This document shows positions 30,822-40,193 of a stretch of 64,000 nucleotides of DNA, piece by piece. This DNA comes from Ignavibacteria bacterium (lineage in GTDB: Bacteria; Bacteroidota; Ignavibacteria; Tepidaquicellales; Tepidaquicellaceae). The stretch is from positions 10,629 through 74,628 of the forward strand of contig JAFGII010000001.1 of assembly GCA_016929695.1 (NCBI GenBank). Direction: 5' to 3'. The notes beneath the pieces were generated by a model. It was given only the letters and a program-made list of their open reading frames with translations, had not been told where the DNA came from and searched no databases. Numbering within the stretch: position 1 is the stretch's first letter; every line of letters starts with the position of its first letter. Position numbers and translations under genes: made by a program.

Positions 30822-31813
30822 TGAACAACAAAAGAAAAAATGGAACAACAACCAGTTCGTTTGGGACAAGTGGCAGAATTAATCATGATTCCAGCAAATT
30901 TTATAATTCAAGATTGTATTCATCCGTAAATCTTAAATATTTAGAAGAAACAAAAGAAAATGAACTACCAAAAGAATATGTAAATAAGATAATTTGCGGT
31001 TCATCCGAGAATATGAAAGAGATTCCTGATAATTCTATTCATCTGATGATAACATCACCACCATATAATGTTACGAAAGAATATGACAAGGATTTAACTT
31101 TGGAAGAATATTTGGAACTGTTGAAAAATGTGTTTATAGAGACATACAGAGTATTAGTTAATGGTGGGCGTGCTTGTATTAATTTGGCAAATTTGGGTAG
31201 AAAGCCATACATACCTTTATCTGATTATATTTCACTACTGATGATTGATATTGGATTTAATATGCGAGGAGAAATATTATGGAATAAAGCAGCGAGTGCA
31301 AGCCCATCAACTGCTTGGGGAAGCTGGTTATCAGCCGCTAATCCAATTTTGAGGGATATTCACGAATACATTCTAATATTCTCAAAAGGGGATATGAGCA
31401 GAAATGCAAAGGGAAGGGAAAACACTATCACTAAAGAGCAATTTATGCTGTGGACGAAATCAATATGGACAATGAATGCAGAATCAGCACGCAAAATCGG
31501 ACATCCTGCTCCATTCCCTGAAGAATTACCTTTAAGGTTAATTCATTTATATTCTTTTAAAAACGATATTATCCTTGACCCATTCATTGGCAGCGGTACA
31601 ACGGCGGTTGCAGCTATCAACGCAGATAGAAAATTCATCGGTTATGATATTAGTAAGGAATATGTTACGCTTGCAAATAAAAGATTAAGTAAATATCTGA
31701 CACAGCATAAAATCTCATTTGAGAATCGGAAAGAAGAAAAAGTTGTTTATGCATCTTCTGATAAAGCAAAATTTGAAGTGGCGGATAAGAAGAAAACGAA
31801 AAAGAAAAAGTAA
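30821..31813 (+). CDS. Beta-class DNA amino-methyltransferase (N4-cytosine or N6-adenine)
   Basis: 330-aa ORF. Motif IV ITSPPYNV precedes motif I LDPFIGSGTTAVAA (beta-class order). Lys-rich C-terminal tail. Confidence 0.88.
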   Translation: MNNKRKNGTTTSSFGTSGRINHDSSKFYNSRLYSSVNLKYLEETKENELPKEYVNKIICGSSENMKEIPDNSIHLMITSPPYNVTKEYDKDLTLEEYLELLKNVFIETYRVLVNGGRACINLANLGRKPYIPLSDYISLLMIDIGFNMRGEILWNKAASASPSTAWGSWLSAANPILRDIHEYILIFSKGDMSRNAKGRENTITKEQFMLWTKSIWTMNAESARKIGHPAPFPEELPLRLIHLYSFKNDIILDPFIGSGTTAVAAINADRKFIGYDISKEYVTLANKRLSKYLTQHKISFENRKEEKVVYASSDKAKFEVADKKKTKKKK

Positions 31814-32767
31814 CTATTTATTTATGATAACAATATCAGGCATAGAATCAATTAATTCTTTTATATAGATAGATGGGATGACCTCTACAATTATCATATG
31901 TATAACTTCAGTATATTTTATACTATGACCTTCGTAGTCATATTCTTTTATATATTCCTTTGAAAGCAATCTAAGGACTTTAAAATATATTCTCTCCATA
32001 TAATTTTTATGACCAATAATTCGTCCGTGCTGGTAAATATATATAGGACCACCACTATTACCCCTGAATGTATTTATATCAACTAGAATTTTTTTAAATT
32101 TTTTTTAAGGATAAATTGGATAAGATGCAATAACTCCATTTGATAAAATCGGGAAATAATATCCATTCGAAGAATAACCAAAAGGATAACCAAGACAAAA
32201 AACATTATCAACAGGATGAATTCTTATTTCATCTAAATATGCGTCATCTGCTAAAAGTGATAAATCTATTGCTTTTATATCTAAAAAACTTGGGATATAA
32301 GAATACATAGCAGCTAAATCAATAGAAGTATCTTTATGGCAATAAAATAATTCTGAATTATTTTTCATTATCCGGGTAGTATAATTATAAACTTCATAAA
32401 GTGTATCAGAAAGTTTATATCTAACTTTTATTTCTGCGGTTTCAGAATCCATATCCCTTAAGACATGTTTTGCAGTTACTAATACACCAACTGGTTTTGA
32501 TGGATCGATTTTATTAGGTTTAGCAACCAAAAAGCAAGAACCTTCTACTTTATCCCCATTCAAATTAGTACCAAGTATTTTAAAGGTGGTTGTCATCATT
32601 AGTTCATTGAAATCTTGTGATAAGATTTTTCCGACTTGCATATTATATGCAAATATAAATAATATTAATAAGAACTTTGTTTCCATTGGTATAAAATTTT
32701 TTAATTTCTGAAAATATTTCTCGAATTTAAATATTTTACAAAGAACATAAAACAAAAAAGCAACCAA
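31814..32767 (-). pseudogene. Trypsin-like serine protease interrupted by a single in-frame TAA
   Basis: His (VLVTAKHVL) and Asp (IDLAAM) lie in the 220-aa ORF. TAA is at 32105-32107. The same frame continues KKFKKILVDINTFRGNSGGPIYIY... (Ser motif at 32045-32062) into the 61-aa ORF 31814-31999. Probable start METKF at 32686. Confidence 0.65.
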
Positions 32768-32897
32768 CTATCAAAAGAGGTGGCAAAAGACTGATTATTT
32801 TGATTATTACAGATCTACATTTACAGAAGAGTAATTTAGGCTCCCAATTTTTGTTTTCAAGCATTCTGTGATATTTTGAATTTTTTTCGTAGTAATG

Positions 32898-32932
32898 AAA
32901 AACCGCACTTCGATTTTTGAAATGCGGTTTTT
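32898..32932. terminator. Bidirectional terminator-like hairpin
   Basis: aaaaaccgcacttcga-tttt-tgaaatgcggttttt. The stem has one mismatch and is flanked by an A-run and a T-run. Lies just downstream of the minus-strand TonB receptor gene. Confidence 0.5.
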
Positions 32933-32956
32933 CAATTGCGATTTTTTAAATTAAAA

Positions 32957-35440
32957 TCAGTTCTCCTCGTGTTCTTCGAGCAGGGGCTTCTTTCCGTTTT
33001 TCGTTTTGCCGTCGCTTCCGAAGCGGTAGGTAAGCGTCAGGAATGCGGCGCGCGATGCACGCTTGCGGTAGTATTCGGAATAAAAGTCAGTGTCGAAAAT
33101 TACTGATTCGTATTTCGATGTGTTGAATACGTCAATCAGTTTGAAAATCAGCGAAAGTTTTTTGTCGAAGAAATCTTTTTTGAATGCAATGTCCAGATAA
33201 TAATTCGGCTCGTTTAATCCCTGAACCAGAGCGGAAGCAGTATGTCCGGATATTTGAGGCGTTTCATTTATGCCCATTGCACCGGAGGTTTTGCCCTGAT
33301 AACTGAATAGCAACTGAATTTCAAAATCCGGCGTCAGCGGAAAACTGCTGTACAATTTTCCTACCCACGTTTCGTAGTTGTTGTTGTTTCCTTGGTTGCC
33401 CGAATATACGATTTTCAGATATGAAAGATTTGAATTGAAATACCACCATTTAGAAATATTTCCGTTTAAAATTAATTCAGCGCCGTATGTATCCGATGCA
33501 TCCAAATTTCTATATGTAAAGTATGAACGCCCGGTAGTGTCAGCATAAATGTATCTCGTCATTACGTCATTTACATTTCTGAAAAATACCGCAGGCGATA
33601 CCGTGAGAGCGGGGAAGTAATGATTGTAGCCGAGTTCGAATGAATTAATGTATTCAGGCATTAAATCCGGATTTCCGAACCTCAATACAAGCGGGTCTGC
33701 ATTGTTTACAAATGGATTCAGCATATAGTTTGCCGGTCGGTTGATTCTCCTTGAATAACTCAATGCAATATCGGAATTGTCCGAAACCATTTGCTTTAAA
33801 AATACGCTCGGGAATATGTCGAGATAATTTTTCTTGTTTTCGAAATTTATGTTTAACTGTTTTGCAGTTGTGTTTGTCTGCTCGAGGCGTATTCCCGCCT
33901 GATAAGAAAACTGCTTGTATTTATTGCTGTAAATTCCGTAGAGAGCGTTTATGTATTCGTCGTAAATGAAATCATTTGTCATCGAAAGGTTTTGCGTCCA
34001 GTTGTTTATGCTGTAATCATAGTAATCAACGTTGAAGTACGAATCGGTTTTTCTGTAAAGGGATTTTACTCCCGTTTCAATCTTCCCGAAGTTCTCTATC
34101 GCATTGACGTAGTCCGCCTGAAAATTTGCAATCTGAAATTTATTTTCCGTGTAATCGTTTTCCAGATAGGGGAGCGAATCGGCGGGCGTGCCATCAAGAT
34201 TGTATAATGTCTGGTTGATTCCGAGAACGAGGTCTTCCTTCGAATTCGAATACTGAGAAGAAATGTTTAAAAAATTGTCTTTGGAAAAAACTTTTTTGTA
34301 TGATGCCGAAATATCTAAACCGTATCCGCTTATGTCGAATACGTTGTCACGGTTGTAATATTTTACGGGAACATAGTTTATGTCAAAATTTCTGTAGAGC
34401 GTGTTCTCGCTTCTGATTCTTCCTCTGTTACTGTATGAAGCGGACAAATTCAGTATGTCGTTATCGCTAAGATAATAGTCGAGCCCGATGTTTCCCGTGT
34501 GGCTTGTTAATCTGTTCCTTAAATGGTTCTCCTGATTCTGATAATAAAGTAAATCATTCAGATAATTCTGCGTGTATGTGTGCCCGTCCGCCTTCATATT
34601 CATCCGTCTGAAACTGTATGACGCCAGAAGAGAATATTTCTCGCGCCTGATGTTTGCGTTTACCGATAAACTGTATTTGTCAAGCGTTCCCGCATTCAGC
34701 GATATTATGAAATTTTCAGATGTGCCGCTGTTTTTGGGGGCGCTTTTCTTTAATACGATGTTAACGATTCCCGTTATTCCTTCCGCTTCGTATTTTGCCG
34801 AAGGATTGCTGATGATTTCGATGGACTCTATTATATTTGACGGAATCAGGTCTAAGGATGATGCTGGGTCTGTGCTTAATATTCCCGATTGATTTCCGTT
34901 GACAAGAAATACTATGTTGCTGTTTCCGCGAATGCTTACTTTTCCTTCGCTGTCAACCGTTACCGAAGGAATGCTTTTCAGTACATCGCTCGCGGTTCCG
35001 CTTTCGGAGATAATGTTCTTTTCTATGTTGTAAACTTTCATATTTTCCCTGTTCTCAACGTATAACCGCTCTGCATTAACTTCTATCGTTGCTGTGGAAT
35101 CCTGCGATGATTGCAGAATGATTCTTCCTAAATCCTGACTCGGCGAATTCTTGTCTAATTTAATTTCGTTCGTGTAGTCTGCATAACCGATGAAACTGAT
35201 AGATAATTTATACATAGAATTCGGAATGTTGCTGAATTCAAATTCGCCTTTGGAATCCGTAAGCATACCGAATTTGATTTCCGTGTCTTTTGCCGATACG
35301 ATTCTTACTACGGCATTCTCAAGAGGTATGTTGTCATTACCGTCTATTACCGTACCTTTGACCGATGCATTTTGTCCGTAGGAATTAAAATACTCTAAAA
35401 CTAATAATAAAAATGTAAAAATCAAAATTTTTCTAATCAT
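32957..35440 (-). CDS. TonB-dependent receptor-like OM protein with N-terminal carboxypeptidase-regulatory-like domain
   Basis: 827-aa ORF with a signal peptide. VKGTVIDGNDNIPLENAVVRI (CarbopepD_reg-like), a plug-like segment and a long beta-barrel region ending in TLTYRF. Confidence 0.8.
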   Translation of the reverse strand: MIRKILIFTFLLLVLEYFNSYGQNASVKGTVIDGNDNIPLENAVVRIVSAKDTEIKFGMLTDSKGEFEFSNIPNSMYKLSISFIGYADYTNEIKLDKNSPSQDLGRIILQSSQDSTATIEVNAERLYVENRENMKVYNIEKNIISESGTASDVLKSIPSVTVDSEGKVSIRGNSNIVFLVNGNQSGILSTDPASSLDLIPSNIIESIEIISNPSAKYEAEGITGIVNIVLKKSAPKNSGTSENFIISLNAGTLDKYSLSVNANIRREKYSLLASYSFRRMNMKADGHTYTQNYLNDLLYYQNQENHLRNRLTSHTGNIGLDYYLSDNDILNLSASYSNRGRIRSENTLYRNFDINYVPVKYYNRDNVFDISGYGLDISASYKKVFSKDNFLNISSQYSNSKEDLVLGINQTLYNLDGTPADSLPYLENDYTENKFQIANFQADYVNAIENFGKIETGVKSLYRKTDSYFNVDYYDYSINNWTQNLSMTNDFIYDEYINALYGIYSNKYKQFSYQAGIRLEQTNTTAKQLNINFENKKNYLDIFPSVFLKQMVSDNSDIALSYSRRINRPANYMLNPFVNNADPLVLRFGNPDLMPEYINSFELGYNHYFPALTVSPAVFFRNVNDVMTRYIYADTTGRSYFTYRNLDASDTYGAELILNGNISKWWYFNSNLSYLKIVYSGNQGNNNNYETWVGKLYSSFPLTPDFEIQLLFSYQGKTSGAMGINETPQISGHTASALVQGLNEPNYYLDIAFKKDFFDKKLSLIFKLIDVFNTSKYESVIFDTDFYSEYYRKRASRAAFLTLTYRFGSDGKTKNGKKPLLEEHEEN

Positions 35441-35780
35441 AATATTCAGTTTAATTTATATTCCTATATAACGCAAATACTGTGCCAATAATTCATTTTC
35501 TTATTAAAGATTATATTAAGGATGAATTTATAAATTTCCGACAATTATGACGCTTCATCCGACAATAAATACTTAATTTTTATTGAATAAATTATCTGAA
35601 TTTGCCTGTGAAGAAGTTATAATATTGTTTTGGTATTTAATTATCCCCTCCTGATTTTCAGACCCGTTTTATAATATTTAATTAAATTTAAATTTATTCA
35701 TTATAGTCTCATTATTGATTCAGAATATCCTGATTGCGGCGGATTGAGGCGGAGATAACAATTTTATATTTAAAATGTTA

Positions 35781-38069
35781 CTATAGTACTTCTATTTTTA
35801 AACCTGCAAAAATGCTTCTCGGCAGAGCAGGTCCGTAGATATAACCCGCATCCCTGAATTCTCCTTTGTCGAAGTCTTTCTGATAATTGTTAAACAGATT
35901 TTCCATTCCTGAAAAAATATGAATTGAATAGTTATTGGATATTTTAAGTTTATATGTGAATTTCAGATTAAGTGTAAAAAAGTTGTCTGTATTTTCCAGT
36001 CTGTCTGAGTCAGTATATCCTGCGAAGTGAGGAACAATCATAGTACCGGTATAGATTCCTGAAATCGCAATTGAAAAATATTTCAGAGGGATTACAGAGA
36101 GGTTCAGATATCCGTATTTGTCAGGCGAACGCAGGAGTCTGTCTACAAATAAGGAAGTTGTATCTTTGCTCCATTGGTATGGAATTGTATATTTGCTTTT
36201 CTGAATTGTGAAGCCTGCCTGAAAATTCAGCCGTGAAAATGGAACAATTCTTAATTCCAGATTGACTCCTTTGACATTAGCCCCATCTCCGTTTTGTCTT
36301 TCCAGGATAATATTACCTCCGGTATCTCTTCCAACTTCCTTTAGAATGAAGACACCGTCAAGTGATGTGTAAAAGCCTTCTATAAGAAAATTTAAGTTTA
36401 TTCCATTTATTGTTTTAAATATATCCAGCGAACCACTGATACCTTTGGAATATTCGGGTTTGAGATTATCTGCAAGCCCCATCAGTATTACGTTTCCCCC
36501 TACTGCTGTTATATGAAGGTCTTCATCGAATGTCTGCGGTGCTCTGTAGCCGGTTGAGTAACTCAATCTGATTATGTAATCTTTCATCAATGTATATCTG
36601 AAGTTTGCTCTGGGGCTGAGAATAAAATCGTTTATCAGATTGTGTTTATCTGCCCGGAGTCCGAGCAGGAATGAAATTTTATCCGTTTTCCATTCATTCT
36701 GGAGAAAGATGCCGCCGATATTAACTTTCTGTTTCAGCAGTCTGTTATATCCAGTCATAACGTCTTCAAGATCTCCGTATGTATATTCCGTTCCTACTGT
36801 GAATTCAGAGGGGTATAAAAGAAACTTCTCGAAATAGTTCACGTACTGCGCTCCGGAAACGGAGGTTATATCATCTGTCTTTCCGTAAGCATTGGGGTCT
36901 CTTCCTGCACCGTAATAACTGTTTCTGATAATGGTCTGAAGCGATGAGTACAGATTCAGTTTTCTGCTGAGGTCTCTGGAAAAGATTTTGAATTCCAGAC
37001 TTCCTCCGTTGATTCTGTGTTCGGTTTGTTCCGTGATGTCGGATTCGTGAGGCTGTTTATCAAAAAGGTTTCCGCCTCTTCTGAATTCATTGATGTGATG
37101 ATATTCGAGTTCGAGTTTACTTGTTTCTGAAGTATTGTAAAAAGTTCTTAAACCGAAAGTAGTCTGATTTATTTTTCCGAGTTCGGAGAAGTCATCATCA
37201 TTTGCAAAATAGGGTTTTCTGTTTCTGAGCATCCCGAAAAATGAAACGCCCGCTCTGCGATCTTCTGTAACAAGCGCTCCGTTTAGATTGAAAGTATTAT
37301 CGGGCGTTTTTCCGCCTATTGAACTGTAATTATTGCTGATTGTGAAAGTATTATAAAGCGGCTCTTTAGTTATTATGTTGATGGTTCCTGCTATTGCATT
37401 GGAGCCGAAGAGCGCCGAGCCTCCGCCGCGCATAATTTCAACCCTGTCAATCATATTAACGGGAATCTGTTCGATTCCGTAAACACCCGCCAGTGTACTG
37501 AAAACAGAACGGCTGTCAATCAGGATTTGAGAATACGGTCCTTCGAGTCCGTTAATTCTGACCTGCTGAAAACCGCAATTCTGACAGTTGTTTTCGATTC
37601 TGAGTCCGGGCTGAAAGTTGAAAGTCTGTGCCAGGCAGACGGCGTTTGTTTTTTCAATCAGTTCGGGAGTGATTAAACTGATTATTACGGGAGTTTCTTT
37701 TCTGTTGGTTTCGTTACGGTTTGAGGTAATAACAATTTCTTCCGTCATCAGGACATCTTCATCGAGTTCGAAATTAACTTCGATTGATTTATTTTTTGTA
37801 ACCTTGATTTGTTTCTCGGATGACTTGTAGCCGAGTCCGTAAGCCCTTATCGTGTAATTTCCTTCCGGAATATTACTGAAAAAATAGTGTCCGCTTTTAT
37901 CCGTAGCAGTTTCGTATGTAGTTCCTTTTAAACTGATGCTAATATACGGAATATGCAAGTTTGATTTTGAATTCAGCGTGTGTCCGAAGATATTGGCATC
38001 ACTTCTTGATTGTGAATATAAATTAAGGGATATTATTATATTAATAATAATAATGAAAATTGTTTTCAT
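35781..38069 (-). CDS. TonB-dependent receptor
   Basis: 762-aa ORF. Signal peptide, CarbopepD_reg-like domain, plug with IENNCQNCGFQQVRINGLEG and IEIMRGGGSALFGSNAIAGTINIIT, then a barrel. Confidence 0.85.
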   Translation of the reverse strand: MKTIFIIIINIIISLNLYSQSRSDANIFGHTLNSKSNLHIPYISISLKGTTYETATDKSGHYFFSNIPEGNYTIRAYGLGYKSSEKQIKVTKNKSIEVNFELDEDVLMTEEIVITSNRNETNRKETPVIISLITPELIEKTNAVCLAQTFNFQPGLRIENNCQNCGFQQVRINGLEGPYSQILIDSRSVFSTLAGVYGIEQIPVNMIDRVEIMRGGGSALFGSNAIAGTINIITKEPLYNTFTISNNYSSIGGKTPDNTFNLNGALVTEDRRAGVSFFGMLRNRKPYFANDDDFSELGKINQTTFGLRTFYNTSETSKLELEYHHINEFRRGGNLFDKQPHESDITEQTEHRINGGSLEFKIFSRDLSRKLNLYSSLQTIIRNSYYGAGRDPNAYGKTDDITSVSGAQYVNYFEKFLLYPSEFTVGTEYTYGDLEDVMTGYNRLLKQKVNIGGIFLQNEWKTDKISFLLGLRADKHNLINDFILSPRANFRYTLMKDYIIRLSYSTGYRAPQTFDEDLHITAVGGNVILMGLADNLKPEYSKGISGSLDIFKTINGINLNFLIEGFYTSLDGVFILKEVGRDTGGNIILERQNGDGANVKGVNLELRIVPFSRLNFQAGFTIQKSKYTIPYQWSKDTTSLFVDRLLRSPDKYGYLNLSVIPLKYFSIAISGIYTGTMIVPHFAGYTDSDRLENTDNFFTLNLKFTYKLKISNNYSIHIFSGMENLFNNYQKDFDKGEFRDAGYIYGPALPRSIFAGLKIEVL

Positions 38070-38111
38070 AATTGAAATTAATTTTAAAATATTTTTATTT
38101 TAAGGTGGAAT

Positions 38112-38462
38112 TTAAAAAGAAGTGGATAAAGAGGGGGCTCTGATTGTGTTTGAAGTAAATAAAACTTCACGTGTATGGGGTATGTTTTTAAAATAGAAAA
38201 AAATCTCTTTTGAGCAGGTGCAAAGGAATAGAAGGAGTAAAGTAAAGGCAAGGAAAAGTTTTAATGTTTTTTCCCGTTCGAGTATTAATAAAAATTCCTT
38301 TTCAGAGTGTGTGTGTTCTTTACCTTTTGAGTACGGATGGGAATGGTGAACTGTTTTTCCGTTTACTTCGTGGCTGTGGTAGAAAAACGTGTCAGATAAA
38401 TTATACCATCCTATCGAAATAAAAAGTGAAAAAATCATTAATATTTTAAGCCGCTTAATCAC
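38112..38462 (-). CDS. Small His-rich membrane protein
   Basis: 116-aa ORF. TM1, then YHSHEVNGKTVHHSHPYSKGKEHTHSE, then TM2. Lies between the Crp/Fnr regulator and the TonB receptor. Confidence 0.45.
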   Translation of the reverse strand: MIKRLKILMIFSLFISIGWYNLSDTFFYHSHEVNGKTVHHSHPYSKGKEHTHSEKEFLLILEREKTLKLFLAFTLLLLFLCTCSKEIFFYFKNIPHTREVLFTSNTIRAPSLSTSF

Positions 38463-38534
38463 GTTATGGCTAAACTATTGATGAAATCCGGACATTTCAA
38501 TACAATAATTTTACCATTTAATTTCAGTTTAAAA

Positions 38535-39323
38535 TCAGATTTTATGAAGATAGTTCAGCAGTTCTTTTTTATTAAGAATATGGATTTTTTTACCCCTGAT
38601 TTTCATTAGATTAATATCGCTGAATTTCCTGAATATCCTCGAAAGTGAAGCCTGTGCCGTGCCTATGTATGCCGCTAAATCGCTCTTTGATATCTTCAGC
38701 AGGATTTCATCAGTATCACCCATATTGCAGTAATTGAACAAATCTTCTTTCGTTTCGAAATTTGTCAAAAGAAAACTCAGCAGCCGCCTGTCAGCATCCT
38801 GAAATTTCAGACTGAAATTCCGGGTTTGCATTATCTTCAGTTTCTTTGATAATCCTGAAAGCAGTTTGAAAGATATTGAACTGTTTGCTTTTATTACTTC
38901 AATGAAATCCTTTGCAGGAATGTATATAATTTTTGAAGCGTTTTTTAAGCAGGACGCATTCGCAGGAAATTTGATTACGCCTTTAAAAATTTCAGAGGGC
39001 TTTTCAAATACGGGTACTTCAGCAAAAGTATCGCCTTTATGAAATATGTGTATAACCTTCTCTTCTCCGTTCCTGCTTTTATCGAAAATCTTTACAATTC
39101 CTTCTGAAATGTAAAAAAAACCCGAATAGCTTTGCTCTACGGTAAATATAACATCATTGCGTTTAAATTTTTTAATTTCGCAAATTGAAGATATTAGTCC
39201 AAGTTCTGCAGAGGACAGACCGGAAAATAAATCCGCTTTTTTTAATACTTCCGCAATTACTTTTTTCCTGATTAATTCTTTATCGGCATGAATTTTCATT
39301 TTTCTATTTGTATTCTTTTTCAA
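38535..39323 (-). CDS. Crp/Fnr family transcriptional regulator
   Basis: 262-aa ORF. A cNMP-binding-like beta-roll (GFFYISEGIVKIF...) and a C-terminal HTH (SDLAAYIGTAQASLSRIFRKF). Confidence 0.8.
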   Translation of the reverse strand: MKKNTNRKMKIHADKELIRKKVIAEVLKKADLFSGLSSAELGLISSICEIKKFKRNDVIFTVEQSYSGFFYISEGIVKIFDKSRNGEEKVIHIFHKGDTFAEVPVFEKPSEIFKGVIKFPANASCLKNASKIIYIPAKDFIEVIKANSSISFKLLSGLSKKLKIMQTRNFSLKFQDADRRLLSFLLTNFETKEDLFNYCNMGDTDEILLKISKSDLAAYIGTAQASLSRIFRKFSDINLMKIRGKKIHILNKKELLNYLHKI

Positions 39324-40041
39324 AATAAATTGTCGTTCCTGAAACCACGAGCAGAGGCTTCAGAAATACGTTCAAAAAGGGGAGCAGCATTAATAAAAAG
39401 CCTGTTAGTCCGAAACCCGCCGATACGGATTTATTTGATAAAACTGATTTTATTTTCTGTCTCAATGTATAATTTTTCCTTTGCATCGGATAATCGAAAA
39501 AATCGAGGGCAGTGTAAAATACCGAAAATATAAAAATCATTATTCCAGAAAATATACTGCCGATTACGGGTATGAATCCGATTAGAAAAAAAGGAACGAT
39601 GAAAAATACATAAAACATAAGTTTTTTTATTTCAGCCGTTATGCTTCTGTATGCGTCTTTGAAAAATCCGATTTCGTAAATTATCTTTTCGTTAAGGATT
39701 TTTTCCTCTGTAAACTGCGAAATGTTTTCGTTGAATGGTCCCGTAACAATGCTGCCGAGGATTGTAAATGCAAAGTAACATATAAAAAGTATCAGCACTA
39801 TGCTTAGAAGCAATAACAAAATGTAAAATGCGTAATTATACCAGAGCGCTTCCGCATATTCAATTCCCGTAAGAGATTTCGCAATTCCGCTGAATTTGTA
39901 TAACGTGAATGCAAAGACGGATGAGTATATAATGAAGTTTATTATTACCGGAATAATTGAATGCAATATCAGTTTCGGATATTTTATGAATATCGAAACC
40001 GACCTGAACGGATGAACAAGACCGTAAATAAAGTTTTTCAC
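39304..40041 (-). CDS. EI24/CysZ-like membrane protein
   Basis: 245-aa ORF (GTG start). N-terminal GLVHPFRSVSIFIKYPKL and four long hydrophobic segments, as in the EI24/CysZ family. Confidence 0.6.
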   Translation of the reverse strand: MKNFIYGLVHPFRSVSIFIKYPKLILHSIIPVIINFIIYSSVFAFTLYKFSGIAKSLTGIEYAEALWYNYAFYILLLLLSIVLILFICYFAFTILGSIVTGPFNENISQFTEEKILNEKIIYEIGFFKDAYRSITAEIKKLMFYVFFIVPFFLIGFIPVIGSIFSGIMIFIFSVFYTALDFFDYPMQRKNYTLRQKIKSVLSNKSVSAGFGLTGFLLMLLPFLNVFLKPLLVVSGTTIYFEKEYK

Positions 40042-40193
40042 AATTCTTTTTTAGTTTGTCGTTCCCGCTTATGCAGGAATCAAGTCTTAATGCTTCAGTA
40101 ACCGGTTCCGATGCTCCCGCGTCGGAACCTATTAGTCATTCAGTGTGAATTCCGTGTTCCTGATGCATTCTGTATGTTGCCTCATTGTAAACA

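Noticed and set aside
35441-35780. Fur-box or other recognised metal-regulator operator between the two TonB receptor genes
   Set aside because: I could not find a convincing 19-bp Fur-like palindrome by eye. Only the short direct repeats (tccgacaat x2 and the G-rich doublet) are visible, and these are mentioned under the receptor-block finding.
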